From Octopus vulgaris (taxonomy: Eukaryota): 64,000 nucleotides of DNA. The DNA is taken from NCBI GenBank assembly GCA_951406725.2, contig OX597818.1, positions 139,252,001 to 139,316,000 on the forward strand. The letters run 5' to 3'. A program made the translations under genes and the position numbers. Positions within the stretch are counted from its first letter, which is position 1. Each line of letters opens with the position of its first letter. Below are positions 41,923 to 55,419 of this stretch, one piece after another. The notes beneath the pieces are model-generated. The model was not told the DNA's origin. It worked only from the letters and a program-made list of their open reading frames with translations, and did not search any database.

Positions 41923-42070
41923 AGTGGTTGGGAGGGCTAACACATATAAAAACAGTTAATAATAGCTACAGTGTGTTTGTATTTTAATTGATTAATATCA
42001 ATTTAAAACCAGTAGTCTAGCATATCGAAAAATCTAAAGTTTCAGAAAAAAAAATATTACATACATACAC

Positions 42071-42480
42071 AGGCGTGGCTGTGTGGTAAGTAGCTTGCTT
42101 ACCAACTACATGGTTCCGGGTTCAGTCCCACTGCGTGGCACCTTGGGCAAGTGTCTTCTAATTTAGCCTCGGGCCGACCAAAGCCTTGTGAGTGGATTTG
42201 GTAGACGGAAACTGAAAGAAGCCCGTCGTATATATGTATGTATATATGTGTGTGTGCGTTTGTATGTCTGTGTTTGTCACTCCAACATCGCTTAACAACC
42301 GGTGCTGGTGTGTTTATGTCCCCGTAACTTAGCGGTTCGGCGAAAGAGACCGATAGAATAAGTACTAGGCTTCCAAAGAATAAGTTCTGGGTCGATTTGC
42401 TCGACTGAAGGTGGTGCTCCAGCATGGCCGCAGTCAAATGACTGAAACAAGTAAAGGAGTAAAAGAATAAAAAAAGAATA
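42071..42480 (+). mobile_element. SINE family A
   Basis: Full copy. Confidence 0.9.
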
Positions 42481-43086
42481 AGGGGGATGACCTGTAAGTG
42501 GACATCCATTATGCTAGAAGGAGATCCGCTATGGACTTACAACAAAGAAAGGAATGTTCTCAAGAAAATTTAGCAAACGTCAGAATGTAAGCAACCAAGA
42601 CAAATGAAAAGATATAAAATATAGATTAATCTATGTTTTGTATCACTTCATTTGTAAAACCATAGCGGATCTTCTAGCAAAATGAATGTCCACTTACAGG
42701 CCATCCCACGTATATGTATGTCATATATGTGTGTATGTGTGTGTATTTGTGCGTGTGTGTGTAAGTGTGTATCTGTGTGTGTGCGCGTGTGTCTGTGTGT
42801 GTGTGTGTGCATTTTAGTTCGTATTTGTGTTTATGTTTGACCTTCCCACTGCTTAACGACTTGATTTCGTTCCGTTGTGACCCTGCTACCTCACGATTCA
42901 TCGAAGGACTGGGTGGGCTAATCAAATTACAAGGCTGAAAAAGTAACCACGTGAAGGGATAAGTATGATAGGGGATGGTTACGACTAAAACATTTAAGCC
43001 GTCACTCCAGCATGGCCGTAATCCAACAACTGAGACAAGTAAAAGCTAAAAGAATATCGATATGTATCTGGAGAATAGGTTTATAT

Positions 43087-43203
43087 ATTTGCGTCATATC
43101 GGAAAATATTCCTTTTGTCCCCACTATGTACACTTATAAACGTATATGTATATGTGGGGGCTTGGTGAGTGTGTGTGTATGAGAGAGGGGGAGTGTGTGT
43201 GTA

Positions 43204-43242
<39 letters not shown>

Positions 43243-43485
43243 ATTTGTAGGTGTAATATAACAATATCTGGAGAATACTACACAGAAAATGAGTCATAAA
43301 ATAAACTTTTTTCTCTGATTATATTACACCTACAAATGTACATACACACACACACACACACACACATACACACACACACTCCCCCTCTCTCATATACACA
43401 CGTTCACCAAGCCCCCACATATACATATACGTTTATAAGCGTACATAGTGGGGACAAAAGGAATATTTTCCGATATGACGCAAAT
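43087..43485. repeat. Inverted duplication, arms about 170 bp (43087-43261 and 43319-43485)
   Basis: Arms are reverse complements apart from a few transitions and the (TG)n length. Confidence 0.95.
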
Positions 43486-43503
43486 GTGTAATTATTTCTT
43501 TGT

Positions 43504-43545
<42 letters not shown>

Positions 43546-43994
43546 TTGTGTGCGTGTGTGTGTGTATGTGTGTCTGGGTACGTTTGTTGAAATGTGTATT
43601 TCTGTGTTGCCAGTCATATTGGATCTAGCAAGGCAAATGTTTAATTTAAGCTGCAGCTTATTTTGTGAACAAACGACTTTAGTCAAAAAAACAGAACAAA
43701 AACAACAACAACAACAAAAAAAAGCAACAACAAATGCAAAACAATTATATTCAAGAAGCAGATTTCCTATTGCAACTTCTGCGCATCGATCATGAGCAAA
43801 ACGTCTATTGCAGGCGATGTGCTTTAGTTCATCTGCTTTAATAGCACGAAAATACAATCACAGCAGATATGAAGGAAATAATCTTTTACCTCGTTGTCTC
43901 ATGTCTTCGATAACACGCACGGCAAGCGCTTGGTGCGTTGGTAGAAGCGTTAAGTTTCATAATCATTGTTTAAACCATTGATTATATTATGAAC

Positions 43995-44378
43995 GTGGAG
44001 GCGCAATGGCCCAGTGGTTAGGGCAGCGGACTCGCGGTCATAAGATCGCGGTTTCGATTCCCAGTCCGGGCGTTGTGAGAGTTTATTGAGCGAAAACACC
44101 TAAAGCTCCACGACGCTCCGGCAGGAGATGGTGGTGATCCCTGCTGTACTCTTTCACCACAACTTTCTCTCACTCTTACTTCCTGTTTCTCTTGTACCTG
44201 TATTTCAAAGGGCCGGCCTTGTCACTCTCTGTGTCACGCTGAATATCCCCGAGAACTACGTTAAGGGTACACGTGTCTGTGGAGTGCTCAGCCACTTACA
44301 CGTTAATTTCACGAGCAGGCTGTTCCGTTGATTCGGATCAACCGGAACCCTCGTCGTCGGAACCGACGGAGTGCTTCC
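43995..44378 (+). mobile_element. SINE family C, tail type 1
   Basis: Full copy with TSD ATATTATG(A/G)AC. Confidence 0.9.
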
Positions 44379-44440
44379 ATATTATGGACAGGGATTTAGT
44401 TCTAAAATTTATTACAGGAAAATATTTCTTTGTTTTTGCC

Positions 44441-44862
44441 ACTCTCTTTACTCTCTTTTACTCTCTTTTACTTGTTTCAATCATTTGACTGTGGCCATGC
44501 TGGAGCACCGCCTTTAGTCGAACAAATCGACCCCGGGACTTATTCTTTTGTAAGCCTAGTACTTATTCTATCGGTCTCTTTTGCCGAACCGCTAAGTGAC
44601 GGCGACGTAAACACACCAGCATCGGTTGTCAAGCAATGCTAGAACAAACACAGACACACAAATATATACACACACACATATATATATATACATATATACG
44701 ACGGGCTTCTTTCAGTTTCCGTCTACCAAATCCACTCACAAGGCTTTGGTCGGCCCATGGCTATAGTAGAAGACACTTGCCCAAGGTGCCACGCAGTGGG
44801 ACTGAACCCGGAACCATGTGGTTGGTCAGCAAGCTACTTACCACACAGCCACTCCTGCGCCT
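44441..44862 (-). mobile_element. SINE family A
   Basis: Full copy. Confidence 0.9.
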
Positions 44863-45525
44863 AAGTACGAGATTTTATTTTCTTGTGGAATTTACGAATG
44901 AGATTTAGAGACATTCATATATTCGACTAGTAAAAGTGTTTCAGTCTCGATGCCAACGAACTGGGCAGCATTATGAGCATATAGTTAGATACATTGAAGT
45001 TATTTGTTCCCATTCCCATCGCTTTGATTTTGAATTTCGTCCGGGACCAACTTTTGTCTCTATCATTCTGGGATCGATAAATAGAATACCAATTTAAAAA
45101 CGGGATGTGGATTGGCGAAAAGTTTTAGAACGTCGGAAAGTATATTACACAGTGTTTTCCCCTGATTCTTTGAGTTCTTTGTTCAAAATCATACCTCTTT
45201 CACCCTTATGGAGAAGTAGACTGTTCTGGGTGGGCGGGCTGAAAAAATCACTACGTTCACCGACCTAAAAAGCAATTTCGTCCTCATTGAGTCGGGAATA
45301 ATATAAGGACATAAGGCGTTGAGCTGTTAAGGAGGATAACATCGATGATCTTTATGATGACGATGATGACTGGATGATTGACTCAAATCTATGACACAGT
45401 CTCTACTTTTTACGACTCGACACATGGCTCAATGGCATTCACAGTATTAAATGGGCATGGATACATTGAAACTCCGACGCCTGGCAGCTGACTTGGCAGA
45501 CACCCATAAAATTAACCATCTTACA

Positions 45526-45950
45526 AGCAGGAGTGGCTGTGTGGTAAGTAGCTTGCTAACCAACCACATGGTTCCGGGTTCAGTCCCACTGCGTGGCATC
45601 TTGGGCAAGTGTCTTCTGCTATAGCCCCGGGCCGACCAATGCCTTGTGAGTGGATTTGGTAAACGGAAACTGAAAGAAGCCTGTCGTATATATGTATGTA
45701 TATATATATATGTATGTGTGTATATGTTTGTGTGTCTGTGTTTGTCCCCCTAGCATTGCTTGACAACCGATGCTGGTGTGTTTACGTCCCCGTCACTTAG
45801 CGGTTCGGCAAAAAAGACCGATAGAATAAGTACTGGGCTTACAAAGAATAAGTCCCGGGGTCGATTTGCTCGACTAAAGGCGGTGCTCCAGCATGGCCGC
45901 AGTCAAATGACTGAAACAAGTAAAAGAGAAAAAAAAAGAGAAAAGAGAAT
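45526..45950 (+). mobile_element. SINE family A
   Basis: Full copy abutting a CR1 fragment. Confidence 0.9.
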
Positions 45951-46308
45951 AACTCTGAGCACCTTTTCAAACTCCACCCGTCTAACACCCGTGGACATGT
46001 TTACAAAGTCAGAAAACAGCACAGCTCCCATGACTTTCGGAAACATTTTTTTCCCGCTAAGAGTTGCTGAAGTATGGAACAAACTACCGACATCAGTTTG
46101 TTAGTTGTCGGAGCACTGCATCCTTCAAAACTTCCATGCTTCCCGAGATTCGCCAACACTACACCTGATTTTCTCCTCCCCTCCATACACACGCAAGCAT
46201 GTATCTGACTCATACACTGTTCACTTCCCAGACATTTGTACATTACTGCATATGCTTTATACGCACTTTTGACAAATTGTGGTGCACCTGAGACTGTATA
46301 CAATAATA

Positions 46309-46382
<74 letters not shown>
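45951..46382 (+). mobile_element. CR1-clade LINE 3' end with (ATT)n tail
   Basis: NTRGHVYKVRKQHSSHDFRKHFF/LRVAEVWNKLPTSV/S.RSTASFK, the canonical CR1 ORF2 C-terminus. Confidence 0.85.
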
Positions 46383-46385
<3 letters not shown>

Positions 46386-46577
46386 TAGTTTTATTTTTTT
46401 TATAGCGTGCTTTCACTTCACTACCGAGCGCAGCTCTGTGTGCCTTGGGTATGTGCTGTGGTTTGTTGTGATGCTCTGATGGTTATTGGATTGAAAGTGT
46501 TCTGCGTAGGATGTGTGCAGTGCCTAGTAGTGCAATTTTCTGTATGTTATATGTGTTTGTAAATCCTGGTGTTTTTG

Positions 46578-46580
<3 letters not shown>
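46383..46580 (-). mobile_element. R4/Dong-clade 3' end inserted in (TAA)n
   Basis: TPGFTNTYNIQKIALLGTAHILRRTLSIQ* plus UTR, with (ATT)n on both sides. Confidence 0.8.
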
Positions 46581-46651
<71 letters not shown>

Positions 46652-48509
46652 TTTAAAATATTGTTATCATAAGTAGCAAATAGTTATGAATTCCAAATCA
46701 TAATGTACATCCAAAACAAAATCGATGAATTAGTGTAGTTATTTCAATAGCAGTGCTTGTTATTGTTACTGCTGTAAGATATGTGCTGGTGTCTGGTAAG
46801 ACAGAGACAACAGTTCGAATCCAATACTCGTATTTACGTTTCGTATATGATCTGAATATCTAACACTAAAATGGAGTACTGTTTCTATTTTAAGTAAGGG
46901 GTACAACTCACTACTTTAAACAGTATATTTGTGGCCCGGATTTCTTTGCATCAATAACTTCAAGTTTTTGGTGGTGACATTGAAAGGAAGAAAGTTCATT
47001 GTTTAGATTTACACATAGTCAACTAAATTTATATGAACTGTTCAAGTAGTTCGTCCTGGTAACTGAACATTCTCAGGGTTCACAGACCTTATCCTAGAAT
47101 TTCTGATGTACTAAGCGCCATTGAACAGGACACCGCCAAGATAGAAAACACCAATGAGGGAGATGCTACGTGGTCACTCGACATACAGAATAGTAGCCAA
47201 ATCTGCCTCGAATAATATCCCACTGTCCTAAAGTAGGGCACGCTGGATAATGTACTACTAGATTCTTTATAAAAGAGGGGATTGTTCTGCAATGGCCTTG
47301 ATTATGGGTCTGCACGACCAGGACTAGCAATATCAAAGAGTGACAACGACAATAGCGATAACAATAATGGTGACAGTACATTAATAACAACAGCAACAAC
47401 AAAACTAACACAAACAAGGACAACAACGGTAGCAGTAAAAATTAACCTCGATATGAAGCGGAAATTTATTAAAATCCTCCTCTCCCCCCTTCCTTGTCAT
47501 CACCACCAACAACAAGAATCAAGATCGAAATTCAACAACAGCAATGTGGAAGTCTCAACGTAGCAGCTCGGTTTGCTAGGATTATCAAATCCCCCTACAG
47601 CTGTACCATAAGTCACATTAGGAAATCCATTCAAGGCTGCTGCTATAGAGAAGATGATACGCCAACGACTAGACTTCTTTTGAGGAAATTAAATAAATTT
47701 AAACAATGCAAACCGTCTCACTATAAGTGACATGAAAACATAAATGCATTCTTTCTATACTACTAATGTGTGCATGTGTGTGTGTGTGTGTGTGCATGAT
47801 ATCTTGACGTACCGTTTCACAGTTTGCTGACGACTCCTCAGAGAGACATATTCGGCTTCCTAAGCAAAGCAAATGGCTATTTGCGACATCAGCGCCTGTC
47901 AATAATATAATTTCGAGTGCTTTTATGCAGCACCAATCCTTACTAGGACTCCCTCAAGGTAAATAACGCAGTATTTTGTGTTCTAACACAGACTTCACGT
48001 TAAGTTGGAAATCAAGATTACTTTGAAAAGTGGTTTGGTTCGAAACTCTACATCCTTCAGTAACTCCTCCAGTATCCTCAGCTAATAGTTGCTGCAATTG
48101 TGGTAATAGTGATACAATATAAATAATAGCCACGATTATAATGCATTTATACACACACAGACACACACACATACACACACACATACATACACACACACAC
48201 ATGCACACATACATAATCACACACAATCACACACGCACGCACGCATGTGTGGTTGAGTTAGAGCGCGTGAATGCGTGTGGGTAATTATAACAAAGGATAG
48301 CAGTTATTTTTTAAATGCAAGTTTCCTTTTATGATAATATCCAAAATGCGTTAGTCATTGAAAAGAAAGAAAACAACAACAGCAACAAAAAAGAAAGCAT
48401 AACCGACTATCTAGATAAAGAGATCGAAGTTTGTTCAATGTTTGCACAATTGAAGAAGACTACACGCCCTAAAATCTGTCAACATCAACGAACTTTGAAA
48501 TAAACTTAC

Positions 48510-48617
48510 ATCTCCTTTGAGGAATTGGATAAAGATAAATTTTGAGAACCTTTTTCTGTAGTTTCAAACATCTCTTATTCTGCTTGCAGTGTCTGATGAC
48601 ACGGCTAAAGCGCTGTT
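48510..48617 (-). other. Candidate 108-nt exon
   Basis: Acceptor CATTTGTTTTACGTGTAG|, donor |GTAAGT, one open frame. No recognisable homology. Confidence 0.2.
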
Positions 48618-49117
48618 CTACACGTAAAACAAATGTTTGTTTAAGCCCGTCTCTATAGATTTATTGTAAATCATTAGCAGTATAAAAATCCCATGTTTAT
48701 CCATTCTATCTTCTTATTACTGCTTTAAACCTATCAGAATAGCCTCGGACTTTGCAGCCATCTATTTCGAAAGGAAGTTTGGAATCGATACAAATAAGTA
48801 CCATTAATAAACAGAGATAAGTAGCGGAGTATTATTATGAGAGAGATATCAGGAAGACTCACAATACTGGCATGAGACAGGAAGAAACAATATTATTTTT
48901 ACTATATAGATATATATATATATGAAGAAGTTCAAATCCCGGCTTCTAAACCATGATACACTTGTTTGAGTAAAATAAACGAAGAGTTAATTATTAAAGG
49001 ATAAAATATACAGCGTTAATACCGTCTACGTGTACAAGAGCAATATCTCTCTGATTAAACGAACATAGAATGATTATCAATGAATTCATTATTATCATTG
49101 TTGTTGCAGTAGTAGAA

Positions 49118-49312
<195 letters not shown>

Positions 49313-49504
49313 GCACTGGAAGAGATAGACGAGAAAAAAAGGAAGGAATTGAGAGAAATGAGTTGTATTAGTAGTAGAGAAACGGACGGATTAAATTGTT
49401 TTGCGGTATTTGGCATTCTGAATTCAAATCCTGTAGGATTCTACGTATTACCTTCAACCTTCCGATCTCAATCAAAAGACTATCGATCAAGTACTAGAGT
49501 CAGT

Positions 49505-49552
<48 letters not shown>

Positions 49553-49562
49553 GTTGTGATGA

Positions 49563-49633
<71 letters not shown>

Positions 49634-49824
49634 ATAATAATAATAATAATAATAAATGTCCTGATGCAGACCAGGCAGTGGCTCTCATGGCTTCTGATCT
49701 GAAATGATTAGAAGTGCTATCATGTAAATTGTTTTGTCTTGGTATAAAAGACGGGCTACAGCAAATATTCTGCTCAATACCACAGAATTGCTTGTCAGTT
49801 GCTTGATCTTAAGTAGTTGAGCAT

Positions 49825-51360
49825 CGACTTTAGACTGATCTAAATTGATCAAAGCTCCACCCGTGTCAGCTTCGTTACCCACTCTCTCTATGATGTAGCG
49901 CATTAGATGGAGGTAGTCATGGATAGACCTGGTCAGGACGGTCCATGTTTGCACCTTGCCAATCAGCTTGTAAACGCCAAGCGCCAACCTCTTGGCTAAC
50001 TCCTTGGTCAAAAAAATCTTCAACTCTGCATTGAGCAGAGTGATGGGCCTGAAGTTTTCTATGACGTCCCTCTTGTTTGGGTGCTTTCTCAGCAGTGCCA
50101 CAAACCCTCGACAAACAAAAGCAGGAATTCTCCCGTTTTATTGGCAGTTGCAGTAGACGTTTGCCAAGAGGCCCGTAAACAAGTCTATAATTGAAATATA
50201 CAGCTCATAGGGTAGACCATCGCTTCCTGTACTTCTCAGGCTGTTATCAGTCTTTCGCAAGCACCCTGCCTCGTTTCCCGAGAGTCGCAGCAGGCCGTCC
50301 ATGTACACATCGAAGTCTGCTCCGTTTTCCATCCCACTGTTTTTCCCAAACTGTCGAGCAAAGTGCTGCTGAAAGGCCGCACACATCTGCATCGGTTCGA
50401 ACATCTCACGCCCGTTCTGGTCCACCAAAGATTGAGTGGTCGCCTTGTTGTCACGTTTAGCCTCCACTACTTGGGCCCATCGAACGGCCTTAGTCCCCCC
50501 ACGCCTACGTGTTTAGAGTCAAAGTGTTGGTCGAGGGTCAACTTCGCCGCCAACAGGTTGGTCGCGATGCCTTTTCTAAGAGCCTCGTCTAGCTTTCTAA
50601 TTAAACCCTCTATTTTCTTTCTTTCTACGGCTAAAGCCTTACTAAACTTAATTGATTCTACTCTAATTACCCTCTTAAGAGCAAACCATCAGTTGTTGAC
50701 GATCGCCCTCATCAACACCCGCTTAACTAATTCGCTAATACGGTCTCTGTAAGCATTGCACGCCGTTAACGACGCGTTTAACTTCAAGTAACCGGGACCC
50801 TGTCTATGGAGTCTATCTAAGACGACCGTACAGATCACGAATTTGTGGTCTGTGTAATCGACTATGTGAAGATCTGAACACCCTATGTTCTCCTTATCTG
50901 CTGACCCACAGAAAACTCTAGGTGTGATCTAGACGACTCGATGCGATTTGTTCAAGTCCACATTGGCACATTCGGGTTGTCTAGTCGATATCTGTTAGAC
51001 AGTAGAAAGCGTCTGAGCAGGTTGGCTAGGCTTTTGCACGTCCCTCTCTTATCAGATGCTCCCACTCCCACCCAATCAAAACGTTCGTCTAAGACAGCGT
51101 TCCAATACCCTACTAGCACTAAAGTGTGAGACGTACCCAGGAATACCTCCAGACGCTTGAAATAATCCGACTGCGATGCTCCTGTCAGAGCGTAGGCAGC
51201 CACCAGTCTGAAGGCACCACCGTCACTGCTGTTCACATCCAAGACCACCAACTTACCCTCTGGATTCAGGAAGATTGCCTTTATTTTCAGATCCAGGCCT
51301 TTCTGGAATAGCACCTCAGTACCACCATCGCCAGCTCCCGGCCGACACGGAGATAGAAAA
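49825..51360 (-). pseudogene. Tx1/L1-clade ORF2 fragment (APE endonuclease to RT)
   Basis: EGKLVVLDV..FRLVAAYA..LVGYWNAVLD..SRLD..DHKFV..GPGYLKLNASL..DGLPYELY..ENFRPITLLNAELKI..LAKRL..ALINLDQSK, with frameshifts. Confidence 0.9.
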
Positions 51361-51379
51361 ATCTCTTATGCTACCGATT

Positions 51380-51830
51380 CTGAGCACAACCATGTCTAAA
51401 AAATTTAAACAGGAGAAAAAGATCTATTTACTGCTGTTGTCTGGTGGCGTAGCCCCCTTGTGTTTTCGTGTGGGTATTTCCACGAGATTTTTATATATTT
51501 TTTCGAGAAATTTTCTCGAGTGAGCCAACATATAGCAAGGGTGTCCCGTGTGAATTGGCCTACTCTAAGTATGCACCTCTAGGCTGGATGGAGTGAGGAG
51601 GAGAGGTTTACTTAGCTGAGGTGCCTTGGTGTTAGGGATCCAAGTGGGTGAGTTTGCTTTGATCACCTCTCAGTGGATCTCCCCCTATTAGGGAATTATA
51701 TATTGTTGGGTAATTTTCCTTGTTAATTATTCTGTTTTGCTGTTTACACGTATAACCTCACTCTCCCTCGTTTGTGTATTGTCCGTTATGTTTTGTGTTC
51801 GGTCATTATGACCAATAAAGTATTATCATC
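51380..51830 (+). mobile_element. LINE 3' end (possible Tx1 C-terminus plus 3' UTR)
   Basis: IARVSRVNWPTLSMHL* then a UTR ending in hairpin GGTCATTATGACC-AATAAAG and an (ATC)/(ACT)n tract. Confidence 0.5.
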
Positions 51831-51832
51831 AT

Positions 51833-51924
<92 letters not shown>

Positions 51925-51949
51925 TTTTCATATTTGACTTCGTAATGCT

Positions 51950-52400
51950 AAGTCGTTTTGCTTCTGTCTTTGAAACACGATCTAAGCAAATGAAATTGGG
52001 ATTGGATTATTTGGTACAAGAATAATAACTGTTTACGGAAAACCTGTCCTCGGTATTCTGGAGGAGACTGATATAAAAAACGGGGCTGTATCGTAAACTT
52101 AAAATTGTATTTACATACCTTACATTTCCAGTTGTTTTGAGGCAAAGTTTCCATCAATGCAATCTAAACAGAATTTTTTAGACCTATCATGGCTAAAAAA
52201 ATTGTAGGTGGGAGATTTTGTGAAACCGGAAAACAATTTGTTTGCTACAGGATCTAATTCTAAGAAAGGGCAAAGAGAAAAAAGTATGTATCTCTATTTA
52301 GGAAGGGACGGAAGTAGAATACATTTTACTTCACGCCAAGTAATACAGCAGGATCTCCAGGAGATATCAGGACTGGTATTCTCTGAATTGAATAAGTAAA
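51950..52400 (-). pseudogene. Highly decayed LINE RT fragment
   Basis: FNSE..TWREVKCILLPSLPK..FLE..SGFTKSPT, weak echoes of RT domains 0-2. Confidence 0.25.
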
Positions 52401-54973
52401 ATCCATGTCACTCTTTGCTTTACTTTCGGATCAGCTATTTCATCCAAAACGCCGATTGAAATTGTCAGGCTCCTCTGACTATACAATTCTACACCAGTAC
52501 ATGTGTTAGCAGTCACTTTTGTACCACAGTAAGGGAGAGTGAGGAAAGTAGTGTGACGAAAGGTGATATGTAGTTAGGGCATGTGCAAATGGATATGCAA
52601 ATCCTAATGACACTAAAAGGCCAGAGCCATACCGGAAATGTACCGAGGAGGAGGTGCCGAAACAAAAAGTAGGAGACAGCTCAAGGAGAAGAAAGCACGC
52701 GTGAGGTATGTCACAAGAGAAAATACCTCCGTACCGGGGAATTCATCTAGAAAAGGGTGAGAATTTATAATTTGCTTTTCAGAAAACTAGAAGGAGCTCC
52801 ATTGTGCCTTCAATATTTATACAATTACAAAATTAGCTTTGGCCCTTTTGGAAAGAAACAATTAACTACTGCAGTGGAAGGGAATTGGTTACAACATCAG
52901 ATAGAAATGTTTTGCGGAATTCATTCTGGTTCTCTGATAACTGCAGTCTATAATATCGTTCTGCAAAGCATTTAATATTAGGCAACCTCTTCAAAATGGT
53001 TCCATAGAGCAAGATGGCAAAATTAGCACACATGGCTTTTATCAAGGATCGGAGACCTATTATACAAAGACATAATCCTGATACAAATAGTTTCCGGGCA
53101 TCGAATTTTACCAATAGGCGCGAGTAGACTCTTAACAATGATAGAAGATACTCAGCATGCTATGCAGGGTGATTGAATCTTGAAATTAGATAGTTGAAAT
53201 ACGAACTTCTTAACTAGACAGCCATGTCTTCGTTCATTTAAACCTAACTACCTATTGTAATAAATTTCCACATCATTGTTGTATTCAGTGATTCTGGTCC
53301 GAATTTTAACTTTCAGAATCGCTGAATATATTCGTTAGTATTTCAGTACCAACCGCATTTTAAGTTTACTTATATTTCTTTAGATCATAATCTGGTTAAT
53401 AAGCCGGATTTTAATCTAGCTACGATATCGTTTCCTTTCTCATATTTCAGACATTCTCTGTTCTGGCTTAAATTCTATTTTTATTAGTCAGCCTGATATT
53501 TGTGTTATTTAGTGTATTCAATTGTTAACTGTATGTGTTTTACGTTTCTCTCTGTTCGCTACTTTCTGTATAAAATTTAATTTCCTTGCAACTTGACACC
53601 ATTTTTAATCGTATGTTTTCTTTACCTTTTCATTGAAGTTTGTAGTAAATTTTACATATATTCTCTTTCCAGTCGAATTAAATTTTTATTCCCCAGATAT
53701 CGGCGAATGCATAATTGGTAGATGGTTACCTTTAGAGGCTGCTTATGCGTGGCTGCCTGTCTATCGGTCTGTCTGTCTCTATATGTGCATGTATGTATGC
53801 GCACATGTGTGTGCGCGTGCTCACATGTACATAAATACTTTTCTCTGTCTTTCTTCTCTCGCTTTGAGAAGCAATACGTCAGTGTTCTCACAACTCCTTC
53901 CAAAATAATGACATTGATACGGTTGATATTTAATGTTAATATCATAAAAAAATCGTAACCGGCGAGAGTATTTTCTAATGGTTGGCACCCTAACGAAGGA
54001 GGACTGGAGGTTGTGATTAGCCGTGGGACCTGGATAGCGAGAATATTGTGTGGGTGTATAGAGGAAGGGACCACGTAAGCCGCGTGGGTTTGAATGAAGA
54101 TTACTCAACGTGGCATATAACTAGCTACTTCCATGGAGTTGAGAGTCAACCTGGCATCAAACCTCAATTACGGGTCAATAAATGAATCTATATATAGTTG
54201 TTTCACTTGCTAGAAATTTCAGTTAAATATCCAGTGCCATCCTCAAAGACAACAAATCATATCATGTGGTCCGTGATGCACTATGTTTGAAAAACAGACA
54301 GGATGTCATAGCTGTAATGCCTCTAATCATAGGCGTGTTTCTGGGTATGTGATGTGAATAATTAGTAACAGGTTTCGTGGTCTCTGCAGACAAATGGACG
54401 CATGCTCTACTGCGAATAATTGTAAGGGAGGGTCACTAAAAGAGCAACTTTTACCTAGCATGTTTCATTCCTCATAGTTGTCCCTGTCTCGATCTGACTG
54501 AATTGGAACCTTTTTGGGGAATGGACATAACATGTTTTGGATCTTTTCTGTTTGACTGCTACTTTATAATTTCTTTAATTTTTGTTCCATTTGATTTCAT
54601 ATTTGGTGTATTGGTGTAGTTTTGTATGGTAATTATTGACATGAAATTCATTTTCGCTATAAATCAATAAATATGGAGTTAATAGCTTTTAACGTTTGAT
54701 AATTTTGGTTACTTTTAACCAATCGAAAACCAGACATATAGGAGCCTATTTCCGTAATAACAAGCCAAGTTGTTATCAAGCTGCCCACCCCTCTGTTGTG
54801 GTCCTGTCAAACCACGTGGTCACTTTCGCTTATTATATGCTTTAAACAGGTATGAGGTAGTCGTGAGATGAACTAAAAATAACAGCCAAATAGGTTTTAA
54901 ATCACGCACCCTTCAAATTTTTTTAGGTTTCTGCATAATCGTATGAAATCCCACGTGTAGAATACAAATTCAC

Positions 54974-55043
54974 AAAAACTATCGAGAGGCGAAAGAAATG
55001 ACGCCCAGCCGGATGTCATTTCTTTCGCCTCTCGATATTTTTT
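54974..55043. other. Compact hairpin with a 23-bp perfect stem
   Basis: TATCGAGAGGCGAAAGAAATGAC-12 nt-GTCATTTCTTTCGCCTCTCGATA. Confidence 0.9.
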
Positions 55044-55419
55044 CTCTTCTACTATCTATTCTATATCCTTTCAAGATTTCTCCCAGGCGTTACCCATTAC
55101 AATTCGTCTTGGCCTGATGGCCCTTAATGTCTGTCTTCATCCATTGTTTTCTTCTGTATGTCCACACTGGTGTCGTTTGTTCGTTCGAAGCCCTAACATC
55201 CACAAATTTTATTTTTGCTGCTGTCTAATGAAGTTTTCCTGTCTTGTTGATAAAAGCAAGAAACAGGGAGTAATATCAGAGTCTACAACTGAGGAGGGGT
55301 TAGACTTTTTGTACGTACTTATCACTCGTTGGTGATGTCTTGTTCTAAATATGTATTTTTTCATTCATTTAGTGATTGAACGCCACGCAGCCCTGGTCAG
55401 CAGTAAGTTTATATATATA

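Noticed and set aside
43995-44070. tRNA-like sequences with A/B boxes
   Set aside because: SINE heads continuing into SINE bodies, with no convincing cloverleaf.
47795-47845. Minus-strand CTGAGGA..GAAAC..GTC hammerhead-like string
   Set aside because: Stems I and II pair poorly, so it is probably chance.
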